Shown: positions 10,856 through 21,707 of the stretch, in pieces
How the letters are laid out: every line of letters begins with the position of its first letter
Position numbering within the stretch: position 1 is the stretch's first letter
NCBI GenBank assembly: GCA_024278215.1
Contig: JAJRTR010000103.1
Coordinates: 1-49,097, forward strand
Source: a bacterium
GTDB taxonomy: Bacteria; UBP15; UBA6099; JAJRTR01
DNA length: 49,097 bases
Direction of reading: 5' to 3'
Notes under the pieces: model-generated
What the model was told of the DNA's origin: nothing
Seen by the model: the letters and a program-made list of their open reading frames with translations, nothing else
Databases searched by the model: none
Program-made: the position numbers and the translations under genes

Positions 10856-10887
10856 TTCTATTCCTCCATTCTTTTTTCAATTTGTCA

Positions 10888-13377
10888 TCAGTTGCGAAGC
10901 GGTTTGTTGAACTGCAACATGTGCTGCATGCGCTCCTGTGTCGGTTCCATGCCGCAAAGCGTTACAAATGCTTAGCGTTCGAGGTCGAGAATGTGCTGTT
11001 CATCTACTATCGCACCCTGCGGTATATCGCCGCCGGTGAGTACTTTGGCGACATAGTCGGAAACCACCACATCGTGATCCGTCATGAATTGTCCCTGGTG
11101 CATAGTCCATATAGCGTTCTTGAAAGCTGCGTAGTACTGGTGACCCGCCATTTTGATGTCGTCGCGCGGGCTCTTGCGGTTGTAGCCGGCCCTGTACATC
11201 CCGAGCACCATTTGTTTGGCGTCGCCCAGCAGGTAATCCCTGTTAAGGGTGATTTTATCTGTCGGTCTGATGATGTCCATCTCCACCGCTTCCACCGCGT
11301 TCATGGCAACCTTCGCCATCGCGATGTTCTCGAATGCCTTGCGCACATTAAAGAATGTGGAAGGAACATGCGGGTTGCGCAGTGTCGCTTCAAGATTGCG
11401 AATCAGATACTCTTTGCAGCCGCCGCCCGCGGGTATGACACCCACGCCGACTTCCACGAGTCCGATGTACGTCTCAGCCGCCGCGCACATTGCATCTCCG
11501 TGCATTGCCACTTCGCAGCCGCCGCCCAGCGTCATCCCAACAGGTGCCGTAACCACCGGGAACGGCGCATACTTGATTTTCATGTTCGCATTCTGGAGTC
11601 CGGCGACTGCTTTCTCAAGCATGTCCCACTGTTTGCTCCTTGCGCCCATGAGGATCATCATCAGGTTGGCGCCGACCGAGAAATTCTTCTTTTCGTTGCC
11701 CACAACCAGACCGTAAAGGCCCTGTTCCTGGACAACATCAACAGCCTTGTCAAGCAGTTCGATAACATCGTCGTCGACCGGGTTCATGTCCTTGTAGCTG
11801 TGGAATTCGAGGAGCCCGACATTGTCGCCCATATCATATATGGTCGCGCCTGCGCGGCGGAGCATGATGTTGCCCCTGTCCTTCAGGTCGGCGATCTCGA
11901 CTTTCATCGCGGCCGGGTCGGTGATGTAATAGACGGCGTCCACAGTGCGCTGCGCGAGGCCGTCAACATCGACTTCCAGCGATGTCTTCGGCACTTCCTT
12001 ATATGTGAAGTCCGCCGCGTCGAGATATAGATTTTTAAGTCCGTCTTTTTTATAGAAACCACCTTTTCTGGCGGCCATATCAAGCAGTTTCGGCACTTCG
12101 AGTCCATCTGCCTTTATTCTCTTGACGAGTTCCTTCGCGCCTATTGCATCGGCTGTTTCAAATGGGCCTTCTTCCCAGTTGAAACCCCATTTCATGCCGT
12201 TGTCGAGGTTGACTATATCGTCGCATATTTCAGGTATCTTGTTGCACGAATAGATGGTAACATCGCGCACGACTTTCCAGCCGAGTTCGGCGGCTTTGTC
12301 GTCGCCTGCAATGAGTTTCGCGACCTTTTCGCCCGGTGTTTTACCCTTTTTAGCGGCCTTCACCGAGTCGAACTTCGGCTTCGTGCTCTCGACATATTCC
12401 ATCGTGTTGTAGTCGAGCACAAAGTACTTCTTTTTGCCGTCTACTTTTTCCTTCTTATAGAAGCCCTGCTTCGTCTTGTTGCCGAGCCACCCGTTTTCCA
12501 CCATCTTTTCCATCCACTCGGGCGGAAGGAAGACATCGCGTTCCGGGTCGTCGGGGCATCCGTCATAGACACCCATGGACACATGCTTGAAAGTGTCGAG
12601 TCCGACAAGATCGGCGGTGCGGAAAGCAGCACTCTTTGGGCGGCCCATCGGCTCGCCGGCGATAGCGTCGATCTCGTCTATTCGCAGCCCCATATCCATC
12701 ATGTGCTTGACGGTATCCATGATCGCGTACACACCGATGCGGTTGGCCACGAAATTAGGCGTGTCCTTGCCGTATACAATACCTTTGCCGAGCACACGTT
12801 CTCCGAATCCGGCCAGATCGGTCACTATCGACTCGTCTGTGTCTTCGCCCACTATGAACTCGAGGAGTTTCATGTGGCGAACCGGGTTGAAGAAGTGAGT
12901 GACGAAAAAATGCTTCTTCATCTCGGCGGGCATGTCGGCCGACATGTCCTTGATTGGCAGTCCGGACGTGTTCGACGTAACGATGATTCCGGGCTTCCAG
13001 TATTTCGCGACCTGATCGAAAACAATCTTCTTGATTTTAAGGCTCTCCACGACGACTTCGATCACCCAGTCACACTCGGCGATCTTTTCCATATCATCTT
13101 CGAAGTTGCCTACTTCGATGAGCTTGGCGTTCTTTTTCACATATAGCGGCGCCATGGGCTGTTTTGCCTTGATGGCGATATTCAACGCATTCTGTGAAAG
13201 TCTGTTGCGAAACGCCGGGTCAGTTTCTTTAACACCTTTTTTCTTGTCCTCGTCCGTAAGCTTCGGCACGATATCCAGCATAATGCTTGGTATACCGCAG
13301 TTGGCCAGATGGCACGCTATGGCGCACCCCATGACCCCGGAACCGAGAACAGCAGCTTTTTTAATGTCCCTGCTCAT
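10888..13377 (-). CDS. fadN: 3-hydroxyacyl-CoA dehydrogenase / enoyl-CoA hydratase (FadN-like) with a premature in-frame TAA at 10972-10974
   Basis: GSGVMG Rossmann motif, SNTSG, HFFNP, FVANRIG, GGGCE, GLVEVGVG. The ORF stops at 10972, but the conserved tail AFVTLCG...QERMQHML...KPLRN continues in frame to TGA at 10888. Confidence 0.88.
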
Positions 13378-13527
13378 TTATACCCCCTTTTGCGTTATTT
13401 GGCTTTTTCTTCCGCCTTACAAACTTCTTACCAGTCAATGCGATAAGAAACTTGTCACACGTACAGAATCATCATTCTATCATTAACAGGTACAAATTTT
13501 CAATGACACAATTAAATATATCCGGTG

Positions 13528-13729
13528 GAGCGAATTTCAATATATATGTTCGTGGCGAGGTCAAGAGAAATTGTTCGGAGCGAGGTGTAAGGGAATATTC
13601 TCACCAATGGGAAATGCGGCGATCCCGCCCTCATACTTTTACGATTTTCTGATCTGATGTCCCCGGGAATCCGATGATTTCTGTAAAAACGCACAGGATT
13701 CAGCCCGCATATTCCACCAATGCGGGTTA
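13528..13729 (+). repeat. Degenerate composite remnant: family A left part plus family B end hairpin
   Basis: 13528-13593 aligns to the family A 5' part (GAGCGAATTTCAATATATATGTTCGTGGCGAGG); 13704-13729 CCCGCATATTCCACCAATGCGGGTTA is the family B terminal hairpin. Confidence 0.65.
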
Positions 13730-13839
13730 GTAGAAAAACGAGACTCCCACCGCTCCTCTCTTTACTCTGCAAACAACACAAGCTTATAATATCATTTGCC
13801 TTTGCCTTTGGATATTACAAAAAGACTGGATAATATGAG

Positions 13840-15525
13840 ATGACAAAAACGCCGGGACCGGATTTTATCAGGACGATTGTCGAAGAAGACATGAAAACGA
13901 ATAAATGGAACGGGCGCATTGCCACACGCTTCCCGCCCGAGCCCAACGGCTATCTGCACATCGGCCACGCTAAAAGCATCTGCCTCAATTTCGGTATCGC
14001 AAAGCAGTATGACGGCGAGTGCCATCTGCGGTTCGACGACACCAACCCCGCAAAGGAAGAACAGGAATATATCGACTCGATTAAAGATAACGTTCGGTGG
14101 CTGGGTTTCGACTGGGGTGAACATGAATATTATACATCTTCATATTTCGACCGCCTCTACGAATGGGCGGTGCGCCTGATTGAAAGCGGCGACGCTTATG
14201 TTTGCGATCTTGACGCGGAGCAGATAAAGGAATACAGGGGCACACTCACCGAACCAGGCAGAAACAGCCCTTGCAGGGACCGGTCTGTCGAAGAAAATCT
14301 CGCGCTTTTTGAAAAAATGAAGGCCGGCGAATTCGACGAAGGTTCTCACGTGCTGCGAGCGAAAATTGATATGTCGTCGCCGAATATCAACATGCGCGAC
14401 CCCGTTATGTACCGCATCATAAAGGCGAATCATCCGCGAACCGGCGGCAAATGGTGCATCTATCCCACTTATGACTTCGCGCACGGGCAGTCTGATTCCA
14501 TCGAGCGAATCACACATTCGATATGCACGCTCGAATTCGAAGACCACAGGCCGCTCTACGACTGGTATCTCGACAAACTCGGCGAACATCATCCTCGCCA
14601 GATCGAGTTCGCACGCCTTAACATAACATACACGTTGCTCAGCAAGCGCAGATTAATAACACTTGTCGAAGAAGGACACGTCGACGGCTGGGACGACCCG
14701 CGAATGCCGACAATCTCGGGCCTGCGCAGGCGCGGCTTCACTCCCGAATCTATAAGGGATTTCTGCCGCCGCATCGGTGTCGCGAAATCCGATAACACTA
14801 TCGAGATAGAGTATCTCGAACACTGCCTGCGCGAAGACCTCAACAAACGTGCACAGCGTGTGATGGTCGTGCTCAACCCGCTTAAAGTTGTCATCGAGAA
14901 CTATCCGGACGACCTCGAAGAGGAATTCGATGCGGTAAATAATCCTGAAGATGAAGTGATGGGCACGCGCAAAGTACCGTTTTCTAAGGAACTATATATC
15001 GAGCGCGACGATTTCATGGAGGACCCTCCGCGAAAGTTTTTCCGGCTCGCCCCCGGTCGTGAAGTGCGGTTGCGCTACGCTTATTTCATCAGATGCACCG
15101 ACGTTGTTAAAGATGACGCGACTGGTGAGATAAAAGAGTTGATATGCACCTATGATCCGCTGACCCGCGGCGGCGACGCACCCGACGGCAGAAGAGTGAA
15201 AGGCACACTTCACTGGGTATCCGCCCGCCATGCGAAAACGTGCGAAGTCCGGCTCTACGACAGGCTGTTCACAAAACTCAATCCGGCACGCGGCAAAAGA
15301 GGCCGCGACTGGCGCACCAACATCAACCCGGATTCCGTCGTAATCCTGAATAATTGCAAAATGGAACCATTCATCGAGTGCATGAAACGTTTTGATAATA
15401 TTCAGTTTGAAAGAACAGGATATTTCTGTGTCGACCCCGACACCACGCCCGAAAAGTTCGTCTTCAACCGCACCGTCTCACTTCGCGACTCGTGGGCGAA
15501 AATCCAGAAATCTCAGAAAAAGTAA
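13840..15525 (+). CDS. glnS: Glutamine--tRNA ligase
   Basis: [62 protein letters not shown]. Confidence 0.96.
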   Translation: MTKTPGPDFIRTIVEEDMKTNKWNGRIATRFPPEPNGYLHIGHAKSICLNFGIAKQYDGECHLRFDDTNPAKEEQEYIDSIKDNVRWLGFDWGEHEYYTSSYFDRLYEWAVRLIESGDAYVCDLDAEQIKEYRGTLTEPGRNSPCRDRSVEENLALFEKMKAGEFDEGSHVLRAKIDMSSPNINMRDPVMYRIIKANHPRTGGKWCIYPTYDFAHGQSDSIERITHSICTLEFEDHRPLYDWYLDKLGEHHPRQIEFARLNITYTLLSKRRLITLVEEGHVDGWDDPRMPTISGLRRRGFTPESIRDFCRRIGVAKSDNTIEIEYLEHCLREDLNKRAQRVMVVLNPLKVVIENYPDDLEEEFDAVNNPEDEVMGTRKVPFSKELYIERDDFMEDPPRKFFRLAPGREVRLRYAYFIRCTDVVKDDATGEIKELICTYDPLTRGGDAPDGRRVKGTLHWVSARHAKTCEVRLYDRLFTKLNPARGKRGRDWRTNINPDSVVILNNCKMEPFIECMKRFDNIQFERTGYFCVDPDTTPEKFVFNRTVSLRDSWAKIQKSQKK

Positions 15526-15572
15526 AGCGGCAATGTGCTTTTCGTTCTCGCTCCCGGGGGCGAGAACAGCCC

Positions 15573-17552
15573 CTAAAGTCCGGGGAATTCTTTTCGATCA
15601 AAATCCTTTTCGAGCCCGGCAAGTTCGTTCGATCTCATTTCCCATTCATCATAAAGCGATTCCAATTTATTGTTAATGTGTTTGAGTTTACCGGGCAGCG
15701 ATTTAGTCTTTTCCTGGTCGTTATATGTCGCGGGATCTGCAAGCTCCGATTCTATTGTTCCCGCGCTGTCTTCGAGCAGGGCGATCTCCTCTTCGATCCC
15801 GGCGATTCTGTTGCGAATCGGATTCAGGGCTTTCGCCCGCTCGGCGACAAACTTCGCACGTTCGCGGCGCACATCCTTTCTCGATAATGTTTTGTCTCCG
15901 TTTTTGTTGCTTTCGTCATCATCTCGCGCCCTGCCCTCTTCAGCGGCCTGCTCCCTCAATTTTTTCTGTTCTTTGTAATCTTCATAATTTCCGATATATT
16001 CCTCGTAGCCGCCCGGCACTATCTCTATGATTCTCGTTGCAAGATTATTTATGAAATACCTGTCGTGGGAGACGAAACATATTGTGCCGTCGTAGTTAAG
16101 AAAAACGTCTTCAAGCATTCGGCGCGACTGTGGATCAAGATGGTTTGTCGGCTCGTCCAGCAGCAGTAGATTAGCGGGATTCGCCATCATCTTCGCGAAT
16201 AGGAGTCTGCTCTTTTCGCCGCCGCTGAGCATGCAGACTTTCTTTTCCACATCGTCGCCGGAAAAGAGGAAGACACCGAGTATGCCCCTGATGTTTCCAT
16301 CGAAGCCCGCGCCGCACGAGCGTTGCGCTTCACACAATACCGTATTGTCGGGCGAAAGCAGTTCGTATTGATCCTGCGAAAAATAGCTGAAGGATACTTT
16401 GTGCCCGAGTTTTCTGACTCCCTCGAAATCGGTTCTGCCGGCCATTACGCGCATAAGAGTGGTTTTCCCAAGTCCGTTCGCGCCGATAATTCCTACCCTG
16501 TCGCCCCGGTTTACTGTGATGTTTATGCCTTTTAAAACTTCGTGGTCGCCATAAGATTTGCCGACATCCTTAAGCTGGAGAACAACCTTTCCGCTCTTTT
16601 CTCGAGCCTTGAATTTAAAACTCAGATTGCGTTCCGCGCCGGGCAATTCGATGCGGTCTATCTTTTCGAGCATTTTTATCCTGCTCTGCACCTGTCGCGC
16701 CTTTGTCGCCTTATAGCGGAACCGCTCGATAAATCGCTCAGTGCTGCGTATCTCCCGCGCCTGATTTGCGAAACGATTTTTCAGGATCTCCAGCCGTTTC
16801 ACTTTTTCAACTTCGTAATATGAATAATTGCCGTCGTACAGTTCGAGTTTTTTCTGCGTAAACTCAGCGATGCGCCGCACCACTTTATCGAGAAAATACT
16901 GATCGTGCGAAATAATGATTACAGCACCGTCGAAAGTCTGAAGAAAGTTCTCGAACCAGATAATAGCAGGCAGATCGAGATGGTTTGTCGGCTCGTCGAG
17001 CATCAGTATTTCCGGGTCTCGCAGAAGGAGTCGCGCAAGAGCAACACGCATCTGCCACCCACCGCTGAATTCACTCATGTCACGCTCGAAATCCGATTCC
17101 GTGAAACCGAGTCCTGTCAGCACTCTCGCCGTTTCCGTCCTGAATGTGAAACCTCCACGCGTTTCGTATTCCATCTGTAGGTTGCCCACACGCTCGAGAA
17201 ACGCATCTCCGGCGGTTTCGTCTTCCCCGGCAGCAATCTTCCTGTTGAGTTTTTCTATTTTGTCTTCTATTTCTATGAGATCGTCGAAAGCCGCGAGTGC
17301 CGCATCGTATACAGAGCGCCCCTTCTCATAAATGCCGTCCTGTGGAAGACAGCCCGTTACGATGCCTTTTCTTCTCGATATTGTCCCGGAATAGCTACCT
17401 ATCTCGCCTTCGATAATTCGCAGGAGAGTAGTTTTTCCGGCACCGTTCGGCCCGACAATACCGATGCGGTCTCCCGGCCTGACATGCAGCGAAAGCCCCT
17501 CCATGAGCATCCGGCCGTCATAGCCGAAATGTATTTCGTTGAGTTGTATCAT
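15573..17552 (-). CDS. ABC-F family ATP-binding protein
   Basis: Two ABC domains (GPNGAGKTT/FSGGWQMR/DEPTNHLD and GANGLGKTT/LSGGEKSR/DEPTNHLD), no TM segments, C-terminal coiled coil. Confidence 0.93.
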   Translation of the reverse strand: MIQLNEIHFGYDGRMLMEGLSLHVRPGDRIGIVGPNGAGKTTLLRIIEGEIGSYSGTISRRKGIVTGCLPQDGIYEKGRSVYDAALAAFDDLIEIEDKIEKLNRKIAAGEDETAGDAFLERVGNLQMEYETRGGFTFRTETARVLTGLGFTESDFERDMSEFSGGWQMRVALARLLLRDPEILMLDEPTNHLDLPAIIWFENFLQTFDGAVIIISHDQYFLDKVVRRIAEFTQKKLELYDGNYSYYEVEKVKRLEILKNRFANQAREIRSTERFIERFRYKATKARQVQSRIKMLEKIDRIELPGAERNLSFKFKAREKSGKVVLQLKDVGKSYGDHEVLKGINITVNRGDRVGIIGANGLGKTTLMRVMAGRTDFEGVRKLGHKVSFSYFSQDQYELLSPDNTVLCEAQRSCGAGFDGNIRGILGVFLFSGDDVEKKVCMLSGGEKSRLLFAKMMANPANLLLLDEPTNHLDPQSRRMLEDVFLNYDGTICFVSHDRYFINNLATRIIEIVPGGYEEYIGNYEDYKEQKKLREQAAEEGRARDDDESNKNGDKTLSRKDVRRERAKFVAERAKALNPIRNRIAGIEEEIALLEDSAGTIESELADPATYNDQEKTKSLPGKLKHINNKLESLYDEWEMRSNELAGLEKDFDRKEFPGL

Positions 17553-17600
17553 TAACTGTTGCTTATCCTGTTTTCGTGTCGCTCCACATCAATTGATCCA

Positions 17601-18089
17601 TCAATCATCGCAGACGAAACGGTCGTCAGCCGAAGTTTCAGGCGCCGCGTGTGCCGCCTTTTCGATCCAGCCCGACTTTGTCACTTCGACCACATCGAAT
17701 CCCGGCACGTATGGTTTTATGTCGATAACCGGTGTGCCGTCCAGCATATCTGCACCTTTGAAATATATGACATTCCCGTCGACCTTCACGATATTGACGA
17801 TTGACAACCCTATCTGATTGGGCCGCCGCGGTGCCCTGACTGCGAATATGCCATGTTTCTCTTTGTCGAGAAACGGCTTCACTTTCAATTCATATCCCTT
17901 TGACAGGTGAAAATGGAAAAGGACATATATATGTGAAAAGCCGTCCAGGTCTCTCAAGCCTTCCTCATATTCCGGCAAAATCTCGATGCGCCCTTCACGG
18001 GCGCTGCATGTCGACTGAATAGGAGCACCCTGTCTCTGCTTTATATCCGAATGTATGTAACCTATCGGCCTGAAAACTATTTCGTCCAT
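17601..18089 (-). CDS. tsaA: tRNA (N6-threonylcarbamoyladenosine(37)-N6)-methyltransferase TrmO/TsaA
   Basis: PIGYIHS, L.GFSHIYVLFHFH, GIFAVRAPRRPNQIGLS, DMLDGTPVIDIKPY; GGAGG RBS before ATG 18089. Confidence 0.92.
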   Translation of the reverse strand: MDEIVFRPIGYIHSDIKQRQGAPIQSTCSAREGRIEILPEYEEGLRDLDGFSHIYVLFHFHLSKGYELKVKPFLDKEKHGIFAVRAPRRPNQIGLSIVNIVKVDGNVIYFKGADMLDGTPVIDIKPYVPGFDVVEVTKSGWIEKAAHAAPETSADDRFVCDD

Positions 18090-18161
18090 CTCCGATTCCT
18101 CCCTTATCGAAAATTTATCTGGAATGTGGTGCAATCCCAAAAAGTTGATCAAGACTCATTT

Positions 18162-18241
18162 TAACAATACCGATTATCACAGGGCAATATGCGATAGGAG
18201 AGGCACGAAGCGCTTTATGATATTAAGTGAACGGTATTGCC
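18162..18241. repeat. MITE-like family C, degenerate copy
   Basis: CAATACCG (18165) and TTAAGTGAACGGTATTG (18223-18239) are inverted; the same terminal motif occurs at 40417-40520. Confidence 0.55.
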
Positions 18242-18278
18242 GCTGCCCCGCATATTTCGCCAATGCCGGCTAAATTTC

Positions 18279-20042
18279 TCAACTGCCGTTTTTTGAAAGG
18301 TTCAGTAGCGCATCGGCAACGGGCTGGTCGGGCGGTGAGAACTCGTCTTTCACTCTGAACTTGTCGATTTCGTCGGGCTTGACAACAGTTATCTCACGGG
18401 TTGAACTATCCGGATCGGCATATACAAAGTAGGCATCCTCCATCCCACTTTCGAAAATCACATTGACCGCATATCCGTATCCCTGGAGTTCCTTGCTGAG
18501 ATCAAGCGCTTCATCCTGATTTTGAAATATTCCGACAAGCACTCCCTGTGGTTTTGTGAATGTTTCGTCTTCAAGATAAACATCGAATCCCCTGCCCCTC
18601 ATTTCCCAGGCCAGATCGCGAAGTTTTTTCTCGAGCGGAATCCCTTCATAACCGACAAGCGAAGGTTGTGTCACCTTTAGCACAGGCCCGGTCGCTATTC
18701 CCGATTCATTTACACCACCGGACTTCCGCCCTCCGGTATCAGAAGTTGCTTCGGCGACAGGTTCCTTTATAATCCTGTCCCGGTCATAGAGTCCCACTGC
18801 GAAATCACTTGCCGAAAGCATTGCGAGAAGGTCTTTGCCGCCGCTGCCGTCGCCGGGAAATATCTCGTCGAGCTTTGTCGATGACAGCAGTCCCGACCCC
18901 GGCCCTCGTGCGCTTCCTGTGCCCAGCACAAAGAAGTCGTTTGAATAGGCTCTTAAATAAACAAGCAATTGTACAGCGCTCTGCGCATCGTCGAAACGCC
19001 CCATATCAAGATAGAAGAATTTATCGCCCGAATCGAGTGTTTCCTCGAGTATCACAGGGTGGTATCCGTGTTTGATCAGCTTGTTTATTAGGTCCACCAG
19101 ATCGTTATCCGCCGTGAGTGCAACAGAGCGGACAAGGAACCTTTTAGGGCTCGTGTCTTCTTCTGTTTTTCGGGTTGGAGAAGGCTTCTTGTCGACAGCA
19201 GCCGTCTCCGCAGGTTTCTTTTCAGCATTTTCATCTACAGGTTGCTTTTCCGGTGGCTTCTGTGCGGTCTTCTTTACAGTCGATGCCGTGGGTGTTGTTG
19301 CCGCGTTTTTTTCAGGCGCAGTCGCGGGAGTTGGTTCGGGCGCGGCGGCGGCAGTAGCGGTTTTCGCTTTGGTTTTCGCTTCAGTTTTTACTTTTGCTTC
19401 TGTTTTTGGACTGACTGCCGTCGCCTTATTTGCAACATCCTGTTTCTTTTCCTGCTGAGGTTTTGTTTCGGGCGCGGCAGGCATTACAGCGGTCTCCGGA
19501 TTCGGTTCAGGCGACTTTTCTTCCTTTTGCGGAACCTGTTTTTCTTGCGCGGGGGGAGTGGACCCGGTCCTGATTATTTCGATCTCAGTGCCCTTGCCGG
19601 AGGCTGCCTCCTGTGTCGAATCTTTCTGTATACTTTGAGACTTCGGTTCATTTGTTTTGTTTTCGAGTTGCTGTTCAGTGATAAGTTCACTCGGTTTTTT
19701 TTCTGTAACAACGGTTTCGTTTGCTTCGGCAGGCGATGTTTCGGATTTGACGGTGTCGTATCTTTTCGAACGCTTTGCTTTCACATTGATTGTTTGGGTT
19801 GCGGCGACAAGTGTCGTCTCCGTCGCCATTGCCGATGGAGTGACCGCCGTTGTTGCAGTCGCCGTCGAGTCTGTAGAAACAGTATCGGTCGCGGCGGTGG
19901 TTTCATGCGTGGCCATCTCTTCCTTCTTCAGGGCGAAGGCATCGGTAGTCCGGACAACCATAAGCACGGCAAGCATAATCACAAATACGGCAGGCACGAA
20001 CATTACCGGCAGCGTTCTCTTATGTTTAAATATTTCAGACAT
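18279..20042 (-). CDS. SPOR-domain protein with N-terminal TM and long Thr/Ala/Lys/Pro/Glu-rich linker
   Basis: Single N-terminal TM, ~260 aa low-complexity linker, two SPOR-like segments (LDMGRFDDAQSA, VLVGIFQNQDEA). Confidence 0.7.
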   Translation of the reverse strand: MSEIFKHKRTLPVMFVPAVFVIMLAVLMVVRTTDAFALKKEEMATHETTAATDTVSTDSTATATTAVTPSAMATETTLVAATQTINVKAKRSKRYDTVKSETSPAEANETVVTEKKPSELITEQQLENKTNEPKSQSIQKDSTQEAASGKGTEIEIIRTGSTPPAQEKQVPQKEEKSPEPNPETAVMPAAPETKPQQEKKQDVANKATAVSPKTEAKVKTEAKTKAKTATAAAAPEPTPATAPEKNAATTPTASTVKKTAQKPPEKQPVDENAEKKPAETAAVDKKPSPTRKTEEDTSPKRFLVRSVALTADNDLVDLINKLIKHGYHPVILEETLDSGDKFFYLDMGRFDDAQSAVQLLVYLRAYSNDFFVLGTGSARGPGSGLLSSTKLDEIFPGDGSGGKDLLAMLSASDFAVGLYDRDRIIKEPVAEATSDTGGRKSGGVNESGIATGPVLKVTQPSLVGYEGIPLEKKLRDLAWEMRGRGFDVYLEDETFTKPQGVLVGIFQNQDEALDLSKELQGYGYAVNVIFESGMEDAYFVYADPDSSTREITVVKPDEIDKFRVKDEFSPPDQPVADALLNLSKNGS

Positions 20043-20154
20043 ACTTCAGTATATTCCCTGTTGCAATAATAAAGTCCGGTTTCGCGCAGACTTCTTATAC
20101 TATATTTTATATAGCTATCCGGATTCAACTGTCAGTTTCTGAAAAAAAACAATA

Positions 20155-20333
20155 GAGCCGATTGCAAAATTCTGTTCGTAGCGAGGTCGAGAGAAATCTT
20201 TCAGAAGCAAGGCGGAGGTGCAAAATCCTCGCAGGCGTACTCGTAGAGTACGTTGAGGACGATTTTATGCCGACAACGCAGCTATGGACAATTGCAGCCG
20301 ACCGCAGCAGAATCATAATTTTTCAACTGGCTC
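20155..20333 (+). mobile_element. MITE family A, copy
   Basis: GAGCCGATTGCAAAATTCTG...CATAATTTTTCAACTGGCTC; AATA duplicated on both flanks. Confidence 0.9.
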
Positions 20334-20357
20334 AATAGCTGAGGGATTGCGGAAAAT

Positions 20358-21503
20358 CTACATGACCTTTCCGATTATTTTCTCATATTCATTTTTCGCA
20401 TACATATCCGTCATACCGGCGATGTAATCGCAAACTATTCGCTCCGGGTCTTCATCGCGGAAACGGTCGGCAAGATCGGCGGGGAGAAGTTTCATGTTGT
20501 CGAGATATACTTCGAAAAGAGAAGCAATTATTCTGCGTGCGACATCCGTCATTTTCACTACACGGGGATGCCTGTAAAAATTTTCGTGGAGGTGGCTTTT
20601 CAACTCATGATTGAGACTTGCCATTTCGGCGCTGAAGCCAACAATTTCGCCGGAGGCGGCACGCACATCATCAAGGTTTCTGATATTGCGCCGCTCAAGT
20701 GCTTCAGATGTGTTCACGAGCAGGTCGGTAACCTGAATATTGATAAGACCGCGCACGAGGTGGTATCTTCTCATTTTTTCGCTGTTTTCAAACTCGGAAC
20801 GTTTCATGGAATCAAAAACACGCGCCGGCAGCCCGACACTGCGAAGTGTCTTCTCGTCGAGGATTCCCGCCTTCTGCCCATCGTCTACATCGTGGCAGGA
20901 ATAAGTGATTTCATCGGCGATATTAACTATCTGGGCTTCGAGCGTCGGCGCGCCGCCGTTTTCGTCGTCCAACATGTTTTTGCCGGGATGATCGTATGCG
21001 GTACTGTGCTTGATGATTCCTTCCCTGATCTCCCAACTGAGGTTGAGACCGGGGAAATCCGGGTAGCGGGTTTCCAGCAGGTCGACAACACGCAGTGACT
21101 GCTCATTATGTTCGAAACCCCCGCACCGGCGCATCAGTTCGTTAAGCACAGATTCGCCGACATGCCCGAAAGGAGAATGGCCGAGGTCGTGTGCCAGAGC
21201 GATTGCTTCGGCGACGTCTTCGTTAAGCCGCAGCGCGCGGGCTATGGTTCGTGAAATCTGCGCCACTTCGATTGTGTGTGTGAGGCGGTTTCGATAGTAG
21301 TCGCCGGTGAATGTAACAAAGACCTGTGTTTTCCCTTCGAGGCGCCGGAAAGCGGATGTGTGAATGATCCTGTCACGATCGCGTTGGAAAGGGCTCCTGT
21401 ACGGATGCTCGACTTCCGGGTACACACGCCCCTTCGACTCAGCGCTCTTTGTGGCGTATGGCGCAAGAATCCGTTCTTCTATTTCGGAGTACGATGTTTT
21501 CAT
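20358..21503 (-). CDS. dgt: Deoxyguanosinetriphosphate triphosphohydrolase (HD family)
   Basis: FQRDRDRIIH..AFRRL..KTQVF, RNRLTHTIEV, AHDLGHSPFGH, ADEITYSCHDVDD, DYIAGMTD. Start at 21503 because ATG 21569 lies inside the MITE. Confidence 0.93.
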   Translation of the reverse strand: MKTSYSEIEERILAPYATKSAESKGRVYPEVEHPYRSPFQRDRDRIIHTSAFRRLEGKTQVFVTFTGDYYRNRLTHTIEVAQISRTIARALRLNEDVAEAIALAHDLGHSPFGHVGESVLNELMRRCGGFEHNEQSLRVVDLLETRYPDFPGLNLSWEIREGIIKHSTAYDHPGKNMLDDENGGAPTLEAQIVNIADEITYSCHDVDDGQKAGILDEKTLRSVGLPARVFDSMKRSEFENSEKMRRYHLVRGLINIQVTDLLVNTSEALERRNIRNLDDVRAASGEIVGFSAEMASLNHELKSHLHENFYRHPRVVKMTDVARRIIASLFEVYLDNMKLLPADLADRFRDEDPERIVCDYIAGMTDMYAKNEYEKIIGKVM

Positions 21504-21519
21504 ATCTGTTTTTACAAAG

Positions 21520-21698
21520 GAGCCAATTGAAAAATTCTGATTCGGCGGCGGTCGGCTGCTATTTTCCATAGCTGCGTTGTCGGCATAAAATCGTCCTCGA
21601 TGTACTCTACAAGTACGTCTGCGAGGATTTTACACCTCCGCCTTGCTTCTGAATAATTTCGCTCGACCTCGCTACGAACATAATTTTGCAATTGGCTC
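21520..21698 (-). mobile_element. MITE family A, copy in reverse orientation
   Basis: Same TIRs with a reverse-complement body; AAAG duplicated on both flanks. Confidence 0.9.
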
Positions 21699-21707
21699 AA
21701 AGGGAGT

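Noticed and set aside
10972-10974. Programmed recoding (Sec/Pyl) or an alternative genetic code at the fadN stop
   Set aside because: The codon is TAA, not TGA or TAG, and TAA is a normal stop for many genes in this window
7725-12030. Long antisense ORFs (7725..9434, 10882..12030; likewise 4907..5995, 29023..30102 and the 5' part of 39469..40410)
   Set aside because: Shadow frames opposite well-supported genes, with no motifs
20358-21503. dGTPase as an anti-phage defence gene
   Set aside because: Ordinary ~380-aa housekeeping-type Dgt in a housekeeping operon, not in a defence island
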